From NCBI GenBank assembly GCA_001662655.1, contig KV460207.1: a stretch of DNA of 64,000 bases; one strand, 5' to 3'. Below are positions 12,679 through 25,213 of the stretch, one piece after another. This DNA comes from Pseudogymnoascus verrucosus (Eukaryota). The notes under the pieces are model-generated. The model made no database searches, was not told where the DNA came from, and saw only the letters and a list, made by a program, of their open reading frames with translations. Made by a program: the position numbers and the translations under genes. The first letter of the stretch is position 1. Every line of letters starts with the position of its first letter.

Positions 12679-13505
12679 TTACTTCCAACAGGAATCTGCA
12701 TCCTGATGAGGCGGCACAGGGGGGATATCGTTCCTTGCGTGCCGTTTCTTCGTCGAGTCGATTCCGAAGCGCTCATCTCGATCCTTGACTTTATCCCATG
12801 GTACCTTGCACGACAATTAGCACATGTAATAGTCATACCTCTTAAGATGACGCTGCAAGGGGAATATGCCGCAGATTCGCATGTGCTTAATTAATATTGA
12901 TGAGTTGCGACTCACCTGCTCGTCCTTCGTAAAGCTCATCATTAGCTCTGGCTTCCCAAGCGGCAACTCGTCCCCTCGATCTACCTGCCAGAAATGGAAA
13001 TTCTTGCCGTATAAACCGACCACCTCGCGCATCTCAGCTGTCTCCGCGATCTCCCAGACCCCCTCGGGAACTAATGGATTGGGCATTATGACTATCCCTG
13101 AACGAACCTAGATCTGTAAGCCAACATTCTATCCGCTTCCATTTTTCGGTCTCGAACCTCATAGTCATGGCTGTGCCATAACTTCTTCTCTTCTTTTGTC
13201 AACGCATCATACAATTGCCTTGTGATCAGATATTCAACTCCAATCAACCTTGCGGGGTTCTTCGGAGAATCATAGATTAGGCACTGTCTGACGTTGGCAC
13301 TGAGATGAGCGCAGTAGTGATTTGCTTCGACGTTACGGGAGGTATCGGAGGCGTAGACGTGGAAGGCGTTCAGGTGTGCGCAGATTGAGTTAACTGGGGC
13401 GAAGTTTTGGATTGTGGCAGCACCAGCATTGAGGACCTGGTCCTTCGTGGTGGGAACTCCACCTAGGGTAGTATCGTACGTGGAAGAAGATTCGGCTTTG
13501 ATCAT
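12679..13505 (-). CDS. DUF1264 / oil-body-associated-protein (OBAP) family protein
   Basis: Three exons: HLNAFHVYA...EANHYCAHL...QCLIYDS...LIGVEY...WHSHDYEV, then [19 protein letters not shown], then [14 protein letters not shown]...DADSCWK*. Confidence 0.85.
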
Positions 13506-14055
13506 TGTAAATTATGAAGACTATGACATGTGGTTTGTTTGTTCAAGCCAGGCATGGAAGGAGTTTTCTTTTCAATATCATCTGGAAGCACTCTTGACGT
13601 CATGGATATCATCACCCCACCATCGACATGATTATAGGCATCATGTTCCTGACTATATCTTATCTGCCCGATATGCTAAATCGAAATGATCATCATCGGC
13701 CATGTTATAGTTTTATTTTTGGCGTATTGTTTCCGGGTGATCCTCGGTGCCAATCGCCCCGAATAATTGAGCCAGGATCCCCGCATCCCCACTTCATATG
13801 TAACCTTTCTATACCTCTGACCCCCACGTTCGTAGAAGCCAAGTATCCATAATTTTGAAGAGAGCTGTACTTTGGTAAGTTTTTGTAGGATCCCCCCAGA
13901 TTCTACAGCTACATCGTCGGTATTGTCATCTTCAACTCAAATTCCCCATCATCGTTGTGTTGCGTGTTAAGTTCATTTTCTTACTATAGCTTCTCTAAGC
14001 TTCAAGTGATATCCTTGGTGCTGGCGACAGCATTGATGGCAAAGGTGGCCGCGCA

Positions 14056-14274
14056 ATGCGAAACGGTATCCAAGCCATGGCGGAGAAGGGTATCGAGGGT
14101 CGCGGAGTGCTGCTCGACTACCACAGCTGGTAGCAACGCAACAGGTCTTCTGAAGCACCTATCGATGGATTCAAAACACGTTACATTCGACTCGAAGACC
14201 TCGTTACGGCGAAAGAGCAAGGCACCGAAATACACTGTGTAGATATACTACGTATACGCTCGGGCTACATAGCA
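14056..14274 (+). pseudogene. Fragment of a fungal cyclase / kynurenine-formamidase-like family gene
   Basis: The frame reads RNGIQAMAEKGIEGRGVLLDYHSW*...LEDLVTAKEQGTEIHCVDILRIRSGY, matching the GI-GRGVLLDY and DILLIRSG motifs. There is an in-frame TAG at 14131-14133 and no flanking exons. Confidence 0.7.
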
Positions 14275-15535
14275 TCGGTTTATACGAAATCTGCTTCGGG
14301 GGCTATGGCGCAGCCGCAAAATAACGAGAATAAGAGAGCTATACGAATATTTGTGGGCAACCTCAGCGCGAAGAGATGAACATGGTTTCCATCGTCGCCT
14401 TCGTGGTTTGAGCTCGGCTTCGTCCTCCTCGTGTACGACGTCGTCATTCAATTGCCATTGCCGCCACCAACTACTTGCTGGACGCCCTTTCCTCCCTCCT
14501 GATACCAATCGTCAAGCTCGACTGGGTTTTCTTCGATCTCCTTCAGGATCGCTCCATATTTTGCTTTCCTTCCCTTTGTACTCCATCTCCTACTGGTACC
14601 ACTTGATCGCGGCATCGAGATTTCTCTTTGCCCTCATAACCCCATCGTTGGTGGCCGGAAACCGTCTCTTGTATTCCGCCTTCTTCCTCATGAACTCTTT
14701 CTTCCTTGCGTATTGGGAATCCGAGGCTCGTTTCATCGCGGCTTCGCCCGCGGCCGCCTTCTTTCTTGTTTCCGCTTCGATATCTCTGCTTCTAATATGT
14801 CACTTTGACACGAACGATATACTTACCATTGCTTCCATTGCTGCCGCACATTCCTTCTTCTTGTGTGGGCCAGCGGGTCGGGGCGGTACGGGATGGTATC
14901 TTTTGTAATAGCGGGGATGGAGCAGTTGCCATGGTCCTATCAAGTGAGTTTTCGCATTAATAGACACTAGGAACTCTGTTTATAAAAAACAGGCCTGTCC
15001 GCACTATCTTGAAGAGAAAGAAGGTCCCTCACGTCAAGGCCGAATAGAGTCACCCTCAATAAATAACGGTTTCTAAACTTCAAACTTGAGCTACACAAGA
15101 ATCAAGCTTCTGACAAATGGCATGGGCGAGCGGAGTTAAACTTCGTATCCTATAGTCATGGCGAAATACTCGTCACAAGACAAGGATATTCAAATGGCAA
15201 GAGAGAAGGCTGCAAAGGTAATTGTAGAACGCAAGCACTTGTCTAATAAACTATAAATAATAGTTGCGAATATTAACGTGTAATAACAAAAAAGTTGCCA
15301 CAAACACTGCGGCTCTCCTGGATGAAGTGCTAACAAATGATGCTGCTAACCTCCGTGCCTCTCCTCCATACTTCATCTTGTCGTATTCTACAAACTCGTT
15401 CTTGAAATCCTCCATCCGGCGATGAAGTGGTTCCCAGCCACTAAGAAAAATGCGCCGCCGCACGTAGATTTGATCTTGATATCTTGACCTTGGCCTTTCA
15501 TTACAATGTATGTGAAAGTGATATCATTGGAGGGC

Positions 15536-16326
15536 TCAAATTCCTTGATGTGCCACTGCCGGGCGGTGCATCACGACGTGCTTCGCAATGCCCATCCCCT
15601 TTCCCCTCTCATACTCCCACAATTTGAACTCCATCGCTTCGAAGTCGATATACCCGTGCCTCCGGTACAATCCAATCCCGTATGGCGACGCCCCGAGGAT
15701 TGATTGCAAGCCTAGCTTATCCGCCTCCCGGAGTCCCTCTTCGAGCATCATGGCCCCCAACCCCATGCGCTGGTACTTAGGCAAGACGGCAAGCATCCTC
15801 AATTCTACTCGGAGCGTTAGCTAGTTCCAATTTAAATGGGCGAGCAATTCAATCATCATAGTAGCAACTCACTTGCATAGTCCTTCCCTTCTGTCGCCCT
15901 TGCCATATGCTCATCCGCGCGCACAAACACATCCACGCAGAACTTAACATCAGCGCCCGGCCCAAATGGCTCAGGTCCCGGATCCTGTTGAACCGCCCAT
16001 GACTCTCTCGTTCCCAATTTCTTCTTCTCTTCCTCGCTGCCAGTCCTACCAATACATATCACCCACCCCGCATAACCGACAATCTCCTCGTCCCCGGCAG
16101 GCCCAACTCGCACTAGCTTCATATTCCGCACCGTTTCACCTAGCTTGGGAGGAGCCCCTAGAATTATGGCGCGCTGATCCATGGCTGCATCGCTGTTACG
16201 GTCTGGACCGAAGCCAACTTCACCAACGTCGGTCTCGCCAAAGACAGCTGCTTCCAGGCGGGCCAGGGCGGGGAAGTCACCCGGGAGAACAGGGACGAGC
16301 TTAATTGTTGGGTCGGAAGTTGCCAT
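15536..16326 (-). CDS. GNAT-family N-acetyltransferase
   Basis: Two exons (ATG 16326 MATSDPTIK..., intron gtgagt...tag at about 15873-15807). Acetyl-CoA motif LAVLPKYQRMGLG and ASPYGIGLYRRHGY. Confidence 0.85.
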
Positions 16327-17344
16327 TATTTCAGAACTGTAATTAGGATATCGATGAAGATGGAAGATTATGAGAGATGGGGGTTTATATATTTTTTGGT
16401 TGGGCAATTTGAGCTGGATTCTCTTTTGGGCTCGCCGCTTATTTTCGAGTCAGCCCGCCCCGGTGTACCGAAGCGGGATAAGTTTAAGGTACAGCGTATG
16501 GTTGAAAAATACGAGCAAACAGGGGGGTGCGTTAGCACAATGAATAGGCCACCAGACCTGCCACTCGAGCTCAATTTTGGGGAGTGTTCAACGCCCCATG
16601 AGGTTTGTGCTATAGAGTACAGTAGAATAGGAGTACCATGAATAGTTAGAAATGAGATTTTGCGCAAAATCCATAATACGACTGAATATTTGGTACAAAA
16701 ATGAGGGGTACCTGTAGCTACATATAATTTCACATATAAAAGAAGCCGATAAAAGAACTATTTTTAACAATAGGTAAAAACCTAAAATTGCGTAGATTGA
16801 TTAAACAGCTCTATACTTGGAGAATAGTAGGTGAGCGAAGAGAACAAAGACTGAGATTTCAAAATTTGCGTTGAGAGCTATCGCATTCTGAACATCCGTC
16901 GCCATATCATTTGCAATAAATAATATACTCACGTTCGCAATTTCAAGGACTTTCTCATTTCTCGTTTACTCGACTCCTGGAGGTGCTGGCACATGTTGGA
17001 TTGACAGGTGGTGAGTGGCGCCGGGTACGCACGACGGTACTGCTGGAGTGGGTGAGGTTTGTAGATGGCACCGCATTTTTCTAAATCCTCCATTTACGTA
17101 CAGTACAGTCAGATACACATAATAAAGAGTCATTGACGTTCACCAGGCGCGATGCCGCGTGTTGGGGTGTTGGGTCGCGTACAGCGCCAGGCAACAGTGG
17201 TAGCGCCCGAAGCCCCGAGCCCGAGACCCCGAGCATGAGGGTCCGTAGAGCTTCGCTCGTGGAATATATAAAGGTCTATGGGACGGACAATAATATCGCG
17301 TCTACCTCCTAACCACGCCTAAATATCCACACACACAAATCATC

Positions 17345-18610
17345 ATGCCCTACACAGCTCGTATAGCAATCATCGGTGCTGGCCCATCCGGCCTCGCACT
17401 CGCCGCCCTCCTGCAGGCGCAATCAATCCACCCCACTATTTATGACCTCCGCGCCGAGCCCACGCCCGCCTTCTTTGCCGCCCCCTGCGGTATGCTCGAT
17501 CTCCACGAGGATTCCGGCCTGAAAATAATTCGCGCCGCCGGTCTCTGGGACGCATTCCAAGCCGAGCTTGGGGGTTGCTCAGAGGAATGCCGCGTCCTTT
17601 CCCCGGCCGCGGAAACCCTTCATACTGACCAGGGGCAATTGTCCTCGCGGCCTGAGATTGCGAGGAATGCGCTGACGAAATTACTTCTTGGTGCTGTGAC
17701 GCCGGGGTCGGTGAAGTGGGGTCATAAAGTCTCATCCGTGCACAGCGCGAGGACAGAAACTGGCGCCACCGAGGTAACCCTCGATCTCGGCGCGGATGGG
17801 AAGGCGACGTACGACTTCGTAGTCGGTGCAGACGGCGCGTGGTCGCGCGTACGGGCAATGCTGACGGACATTGTGCCCGTCTACACTGGAGCACAGTACG
17901 TAAATGCCACCCTGCGGGATGCTACGGCGAAGTTCCCGCAGCTGGTGGATCTGGTGGGAAGCGGCACTACGATGGCCCTCGGGGGAGGAAGAGGGATTAT
18001 GACGCACCGAGGCCCGCAGGACTCGATCCGACTATATATCGCCGTGAAGACGCCACTCGAGAACTGGGCTGAGGAGATTGGGATCGCGGGGAAGACTACC
18101 GCAGAGGCGAAGGAAGTCTTACTAGGTGAAGGAGGGGGGTTTGAGAAATGGGCGCCGGAGCTCCGAGAACTTCTTTCGACGGCGTGTGATGAAGAGACGA
18201 GCGATCACCCAGGCACAGTGGTGGATGTGCTGCCGTTGTACATGTTGCCTGCAGGTTCGCGGTGGGAGACGCAGGTAGGGGCCACATTGGTAGGAGATGC
18301 GGCGCATTTGATGACGCCTTGGGGAGGAGAGGGGGTCAATCAAGCGCTGCTTGATTCGCTGGAGCTGTCGAATGTGGTGGGAGGTGTGGGACAGGTAGAG
18401 AGTGTGGTAGAGTGGCAGGAGAAGCTGGAAGCGCCTATGAAGGGATTCGAGGAAGCGATGGTAGTGAGGGCGAAAGAAGTGGCAGAACAGTCGTCAAAGA
18501 ATGGGGAGATGATGCTGGGCGAGCATGGAGGACAAGCGATTGCAGATATCTTCAAGATGTTTGCGGATATAGCGGCGAATGGAGGAGAGTTCCCTGAAGG
18601 GTTATTGTAA
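17345..18610 (+). CDS. FAD-dependent monooxygenase, TetX-like family
   Basis: Intronless. Motifs IIGAGPSG, GMLDLHEDSG, RPEIAR, VVGADGAWSRVR and LVGDAAHLMTPWGGEGVN. Confidence 0.88.
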   Translation: MPYTARIAIIGAGPSGLALAALLQAQSIHPTIYDLRAEPTPAFFAAPCGMLDLHEDSGLKIIRAAGLWDAFQAELGGCSEECRVLSPAAETLHTDQGQLSSRPEIARNALTKLLLGAVTPGSVKWGHKVSSVHSARTETGATEVTLDLGADGKATYDFVVGADGAWSRVRAMLTDIVPVYTGAQYVNATLRDATAKFPQLVDLVGSGTTMALGGGRGIMTHRGPQDSIRLYIAVKTPLENWAEEIGIAGKTTAEAKEVLLGEGGGFEKWAPELRELLSTACDEETSDHPGTVVDVLPLYMLPAGSRWETQVGATLVGDAAHLMTPWGGEGVNQALLDSLELSNVVGGVGQVESVVEWQEKLEAPMKGFEEAMVVRAKEVAEQSSKNGEMMLGEHGGQAIADIFKMFADIAANGGEFPEGLL

Positions 18611-19019
18611 GAGGGTAGCAGAGGTGATACAGTACGATAGTGTATATATAGTTTGATCCCTTAGGGATTGCAGAAACGCCGCTAAAAATAGAAAAACCTC
18701 AACTCACTTACATGTCTTAATCAGCGCCGCTCCTGATTTTCATGCCTTCACGTTCTTCGACATGTCATATTCTGTTGGGGATAATGGTTGGAATTAACTC
18801 GACTGACTATTCTGCTGTGTGGGAAAGCCCCATTTGTACTGTAATAGTTGGGTAATTGCTTGGAAATCCCATGGCAGATTCAGCGGTGCGGCACAATTCT
18901 CATATTTCCCAACATATTCCACACACTCATTCCTGGAAACCTTCCGTCGGGCGATGAAATGATTCCCATTTACCCCTAGGGAGGAAAGAAAGGGAAAGAG
19001 GCTTTAGAGAACCTGTAAG

Positions 19020-19672
19020 TGGTCTCTAACTACTGCTAACCTAAAGCCTACGAAACTAATCTTCTAAACCTAAGGGCATAGTATGCTAAAACCATAGACC
19101 TTCTATATAAGTTTAACGCCTTTAACCTAGTCGCTAACGTAAACTCTAATCCCTAGCAGATGTCGACCAATTCCGGGAAGTCTCTACTAACGAGATGTAG
19201 CACGTCCTTAGTACAACCCTTTGGAATTTCTACCTTCTAGCTATAACAGACATCTTGTTCTTCATAGCCATATATATTCTTAAGCATGGGCATAAACGTA
19301 CAGTCGTAGAGCATTGTCTAGGAGCAACAGTAACACTCCTATGCCAAATGATGACACTAGGTGGTAGAGAAAGAATCCACTGAGGACCTTCTTTAGGAGG
19401 GTTTTGCTGTTGATGTCTAGTTGCTTCGACATCATCGAGTGAAAGCGGCTTTTATCCGTGACTCCAACTGCTGGGCTAAACCCCTCCTTAGCCATGTATG
19501 CCATAAGGTCGGCATCTGGGCTGTCTCCCTGCAATAGTTGACAACATCCGTCGTATGCTTCGTAGAACTCCATGCATAGTTCCAGGGTTCTGAAGGCGCA
19601 AAGGCGAGACTTCTGTGGTATCCCAGTCATTGATTTAGCTTTGTGGATGACGTGTATCTTCTGGCGCACCAC
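19020..19672 (-). pseudogene. Degraded gene of unknown family with RIP-like mutation pattern
   Basis: A 130-aa coding-like exon ends in a gtacgt donor. Downstream sequence is TpA-rich, with stops such as ATC TGC TAG GGA (probable CAG>TAG). Confidence 0.4.
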
Positions 19673-20868
19673 AATTAAGAAATGAATGTTTCTCGTACAG
19701 ATATTTCAAAGGGGTGATCATATCCTGTACTATGCCAAACGTGATAAGGGCTTAGTAGAAATGCAATAGAACCTAAATTTCTCTACAGATGCTTGTCGTA
19801 TTTGCCAAACACGACAGTAGCGCTTAGTAGTAATGATGTAGAGTTAAATTGCCGAATAGATGCTTGTTGTATTTGATAAACATGAGGCTAATGCTCAGGA
19901 GTAATGCTACGGCGTCTAAATTGCCCCACACATGTCACCCTCCACCTCGTGGATCCCAATAATATTAGAAGACTCTGCCGTGAAGTGAGAACCCTGCTAT
20001 GTCTCAGAGACACGATGTGGAATGCAGGTGCTTTGGGCCATAACACAACAAAAGCCAGGCCACTCTGATATAACAATAGAGGGGTCTAGATTCGCGCGAA
20101 ATCACGGCGATGCATGCATTTACACAGAAGGTAATTAATACCTTTTCCTATTGGATGGTAAGCTTACTGTCTTATCCAGGGCAAACGCCAAGGTCAATGA
20201 CGATCATCGCTGATCACTCGATCCTGGGATATCACAACAGTTCGTACGCGCCAAGGCCACTTCCTTTTCCTTTTCAGGAGAGAGCATAGAGTAAGTTCGG
20301 TCTCCTTCTCTAGCAAGCAGGCTATCTAATCAACTATCGCAAAATTTCTTGACTCCTTCCCTCTTAAGATCGCCACAATCTACGGTTCTCGGCAATTCAC
20401 TCACTGCCCGCGTCAAAAGAAGCGCCAAGCCCCCGCCACACCGAGCCGCCGTCCCTGCGCACGGGCGACGTACCCATTGCCCGTCAGCCCCGCTGTCGCC
20501 ATCCTTGGAAAAGTCTTGGAAAGGCTTGGACCTTCTCAAAGCAGTGCTCTCGCCGAGCGGAACCTGCTATCGGCGCCACGGCATGGGCGCAATAGGCAGG
20601 ACCATGTTAGACAGCGCGCACGCATGCCCTCGTGATCGGCGGGGTGCAAGCATGATCAGGGCTGCCGGATGCGGGGTTGGCAGGGTAATTGTTAGGTCTG
20701 ACAGGTTGGAAGAAGGCGGGTTTCTGCAGCTCGTTATCTGCGGTGATTGCTTGCGCGACAGCGCACTGCAGGTTGGGGAGCTATATAAAGCTCATTGAAG
20801 CTGCACGAGATATATTTTTTCCGTAGGATACTTTAGCTGTGTTCCCCAATATTCGCTCAGTTCTCATC

Positions 20869-22542
20869 ATGAAGGTCACTGCATCCCTTATCGCGCTTTT
20901 CGCGGTCCTGAACGCCGTAGCCGCTGCACCACCGAGCGGCGCAGGTAATAACGGTAACGGTAATGGAAATGGCAACGGGAATGGCAACGGAAATGGCAAT
21001 GGCAATGGTAACGGGAATGGCCATGGTCACGGCAAAGGGCCAATGGTAAACTCGGTATGTGCTGTCTCATCCAATTGCGCTGCACAGTATCTAACAAGCA
21101 CCTAGAAAGCCCTCCGCGGCTTAATCAAGGAGAAGGCCCTCATGGATAAAGCCCAGACGCTCCAAGAATTCGCTGCCCTGAGTGGTACCCCAATCACTCG
21201 TGTCATCGGATCGCCCGGTCACAATGCTACGGTCAATTGGTACTACGACACCATCAAGAAGCTAGACGATTACTACAGCGTCTACATCCAGCCCTTCCCC
21301 GTCGTTACTGCTAACGGTAATCTTACCGTCAACGACGCCCTGATCGAGTCGGCAACTATGTCATTCACCGGCGCCGGCCACCCAGTCGCAGAGCTCGTCC
21401 CTGTGGCAAACGTTGCATGCGAAGCTGTAAGTTCCCGCCTACCATCAATGACCCCCTTAATCCTAGCTAACGAAAAATAGTCCGACTTCCCAGCTGAAGT
21501 CTCTGGAAAAATTGCCCTCCTCTCCCGCGGCACTTGCACCTTCGGATCAAAGGCTCTCCTAGCTAAAGCCGCTGGTGCCGTCGGCGTGGTCGTCTACAAT
21601 AACGTGGATGGTGTTGTGCAAGGCACCCTCGGCGAGGAGGGGGACTACCCCCCTACCGTCGGCATTTCCAAAGCCCAGGGCTTAGAGTTTCTTGCCGCCA
21701 TTGCAGCAGGCAATGCCCAAACTGCCAATCTCGTTGTCGAGCAGCAAACTGTCATTACATACAACGTTATCGCCGAGACTCTCACTGGTGACCATAATAA
21801 CGTGATCCACGTCGGCGGCCACTCCGACTCCGTCACCGCGGGTCCAGGAATCAACGACAATGGATCTGGCGGCATTGGTATCCTTGAAGTAGCCCTGCAC
21901 TTGACTAAGTTCAAGATCAACAACGCCGTCCGCTTCTCGTGGTGGGCGGCAGAGGAGGAGGGTCTCCTCGGCGCCCATGCCTACGTCAACGCACAACCTC
22001 AATCCGAGCTCGACAAGATAAAAATATACGGAAACTTTGATATGATAGCTAGCCCTAACTACATCATTGGAATCTACGATGGCGATGGATCTGCTTTCAA
22101 CGTTACGGGCCCAGCGGGGTCGGCGCAGGCCGAACATCTCTTCATCGACTATTTCCGGGATATCGAGAAGGTTGACTCCGTCCCCTCCGATTTCAACGGC
22201 CGCTCGGACTACGGACCGTTCTTAGATGCGGGAATCGCGTGTGCTGGTCTTTTCACTGGAGCTGAGGGACTGAAGACGGTCGAGGAGGCTGCGATGTTCG
22301 GCGGGGAGGCTGGGAAGGCTTACGACCCCAACTACCACGCTGCGGGCGATACCGTGGCTAACTGCGATGGCACGGCCTTCTTGATTAACACAAGGGCTAT
22401 TGCGCATATGGTTGCGGTGTTGGCAAAGAGCACGGCTATCTTGGAGGAGCCGCTGGTGAGGAGAGGGGGGTACCGGGACTTTACCCGCGCGACTGGGGTG
22501 CCGAAGAAGCTGGTCGGTGGATGTGGAACTACAGTCATGTAG
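20869..22542 (+). CDS. Secreted M28 aminopeptidase with PA domain (aminopeptidase Y / LAP2-like)
   Basis: Exons 20869-21054, 21106-21426 and 21481-22542. Signal peptide, PA domain RGTCTF, and motifs GGHSDSV, GINDNGSG, AEEEGLLG, NFDMIAS and YH. Confidence 0.92.
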
Positions 22543-23149
22543 GAAGGTATACATACAAGGTTACACTTGATAAAAGGACAGGGCGTGGTCATTTCTGTAT
22601 AGGGGGTATAGATTATAACGGCGAAATATGAGAAATGAAGATATGTCATGTGACTCACCTATCCATGACCACGCAATTTGCAAACTCGGGAGATGTGAAA
22701 GGGTGACCACCGAGACAAAGGATAGCACCATGGAGGGTAAGAGAGAGTATCATAAGAAGACGTTTTGCTCAGAATAGAGGTGGGTTATACTTTAAAATGG
22801 GGTGGGGGGACGATTTGCTAATTTGCGATATATGGTGGATATATTCAACACACATTTATTCCTGTCGTACCACCAACCCGCCAGTAGCAAATATACAACG
22901 CATTATAATAATTAATAACGAGTAATTAAAAACAAACAATGATTTTTAAGAAAGGTATCTAGATTTATCTATGGGTACACTAGGCTTTAGGAGCGAAGAA
23001 TAACGGTGTGTGAACGCCCCATACAGACTCTGCGTCTCTCATCAGTTGTAACAGTGAAACATGCGATTAAAAATGCAAAGCACAGCTTGCTACTAGCAAC
23101 TATCGGAAGTGCACTCATTAGAACATAGGTAAGTCCCATCACTTGCAAT

Positions 23150-23643
23150 CTAGCGTCTCCGTCTTTCAATTAAACTCCATGGAAGGCCGTAGACTATTGC
23201 TTCCACCCGGTGTAACTTCTTTGGTAGTGTGTGTTGGGTACACCACGGAAACGTGGATACTGAATAGTCAGCAAATGAGCCTAACAATACCACGAGGGGG
23301 GCATACCTGTGCTGCCTTGTATGTACTTGTCCAAACAGAACCCGCTCTCGTCAATGAGTATGCTCTCATTGGAAACGGGCGCGAGTCCTTCGGGCTGGAA
23401 GTCTGTCGGGTACATTTGGTTGTACCTCAATCGGAGATTCATCGCTTTTATTTCTGCTAAGGAATTAAGGACTGTTAATGGGACAGATAGCAACTATAGC
23501 GTACCATAAGTGGATGTATCTGACTCTCCAGTCGTTTTGACTAGTCTGGCAAACAAGTGATGCATCTCATTAACATCTTCTGTCTGATCCCTTGTACAGT
23601 AACGGTGTACGATAACGCTGCTAATACGTCCAGCTTTATACAT
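23150..23643 (-). CDS. Putative three-exon orphan ORF, 132 aa, unknown function
   Basis: Exons 23643-23505, 23456-23307 and 23259-23150, joined by 48- and 47-nt GT-AG introns (branch TTAAC and GCTGAC), give an open 399-nt frame. Confidence 0.45.
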
Positions 23644-23670
23644 GGGTTATTATGCTTGAGCTTCCATTCT

Positions 23671-23797
23671 TGAGTTATCATGGTTAGGTTACTGCATCCA
23701 AGCTACACCATCAGTCACTGTGTTCAAGCTGCACCATCTGAATCACTGCGTCAAAGTTACTACGTCTAGGTTACTATATCTGAGTTATTATATCCTA
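23671..23797. repeat. Degenerate 13-14-bp tandem minisatellite
   Basis: Units tgagttatcatggt / taggttactgcatc / caagctacaccat / cagtcactgtgtt / caagctgcaccatc / tgaatcactgcgtc / aaagttactacgtc / taggttactatatc / tgagttattatatc. Confidence 0.6.
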
Positions 23798-23807
23798 CTA
23801 AAATCTT

Positions 23808-25213
23808 CTACAACATCGCTGCCATCACAAACCCAGCCAGAACAGGCACCATAGTCGCAGCATTCACAGCCGCACCACCAGTCGACGTAGCTTTCGGCGC
23901 TCCCGCCGTGCCCGTGCTCTTCGCCGTACCATTAACCGACCCCCCCTGGGGCACCGCCTTGCCATTAACATTGTTTCCACTAACAGCATCATAGTTGTAC
24001 ACCGCGGTGTAGTTGTAAGTAGACTTGCTAGCACCCCATGTCTTCTTCACCGAGGCCAAAACACCGAGGCCGTTCGCGCACTTGGCATCGGTGTTTGGGA
24101 CGGGCCAGGTTGGGTCGTAGAGGTCATCGGACATAGGGCCGGGGTAGGAGGAGTTGAAGTACAGCCCCTCGGTATCGACGACGACGTTCTGGTACCCGGT
24201 GATGTTTGCGACGGTCTGGAGGACGTTGGCGCCGCAGTCCCAGCGGCCGAGGGAGGGGAGGTCCCAGTTAGCGGACACGGAGGAGATGGTGGAGAAGTGG
24301 TTGTAGAAAGTGTTATCTGTGGTGCCGTGGAGGGACTTGGGAACGGCGCCACCAAGGAGGAGGGTGAAGACTTTGTTGGGGGTGGTGTAGGTGTCTACCT
24401 CGTCGAAGGAGAGGATGATGAGGGTGTTGTTCATGAAGTACTCGTTTGCGAGGAGGGGGGTGAGGAAGGTCTTGGACCAGGTGGAGGCGTAGGTGATGGT
24501 GGTGTCGTGTCCGTCGTTGGTCATGTTGGGGGTGATGAAAGACCACTGGGGGAGCTTCTTGTTCTTGAGCTCGGTCTCGAAGTCGACGAAGCTCTTGATC
24601 GTGCCGAGGCGGGTGGAGTTGGCGGTGACGGACTCGTAGAGCGCGAGGGGGTTGTGCTTGCGGACGTAGTCGTTGGCGAAGTTGGCTTGGTTGGAGTAGT
24701 TGAAGCCGAGGAAACCGGTGTAGGGGAGGTGCTCCTGGTAGGTGCCGAAGGAGATGCCCTTGGTGTCGAGGAGGTCGATGACGGTGGACACGTTCTTTGG
24801 GAACGTCAGGAAGTCGTCATTATCCATTCCGAAATGGTCTCCGCCGATGACAGCAGCGTAGTTGGGCTCGGAGGGGTGGGTCACGGCGTGGTAGTTGGTC
24901 AGGGTGATGGCCTGCTTGGCAAGCTCCTTCATGCTTGGGTCGTTGGCCGCGAGAGCATAGTCCTAGTGATGTCAGTGAGGTGCTGTTAAAGGAAGGCAGG
25001 ATAACTCACAGTGTTCTCGAGCCAGATCTGAACGATACGGTCGAAGCCCTTACCCTTCACATCAGAGGTGAGGACAACAGGCGTTGCGGCCGCGGCGAGA
25101 GCAGAGATGGCAGTAGCCGCTGGCTCGATGGTGGACTCAGCAGGGCGACTGGCCGAAGAAGCAGCCAGAGCCACATTGGCGCCAGCAAGGGCGAGGGCAG
25201 CAGAGAAGAACAT
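23808..25213 (-). CDS. Phosphoesterase-family acid phosphatase, probably GPI-anchored (PhoA-like)
   Basis: Signal peptide; IWLENT|D across an intron; THPSEPNY, YVRKHNP and TPNMTNDGHD; S/T/G-rich tail with a hydrophobic C-terminus. Confidence 0.9.

Noticed and set aside
14351..14930. 185-aa plus-strand ORF and a charged minus-strand reading
   Set aside because: The plus ORF looks like a shadow, and the minus reading has stops and no identifiable family, so it was not called as a gene.
22701..22711. gggtgaccacc matching 5S box C
   Set aside because: Only 11 nt, with no flanking similarity.
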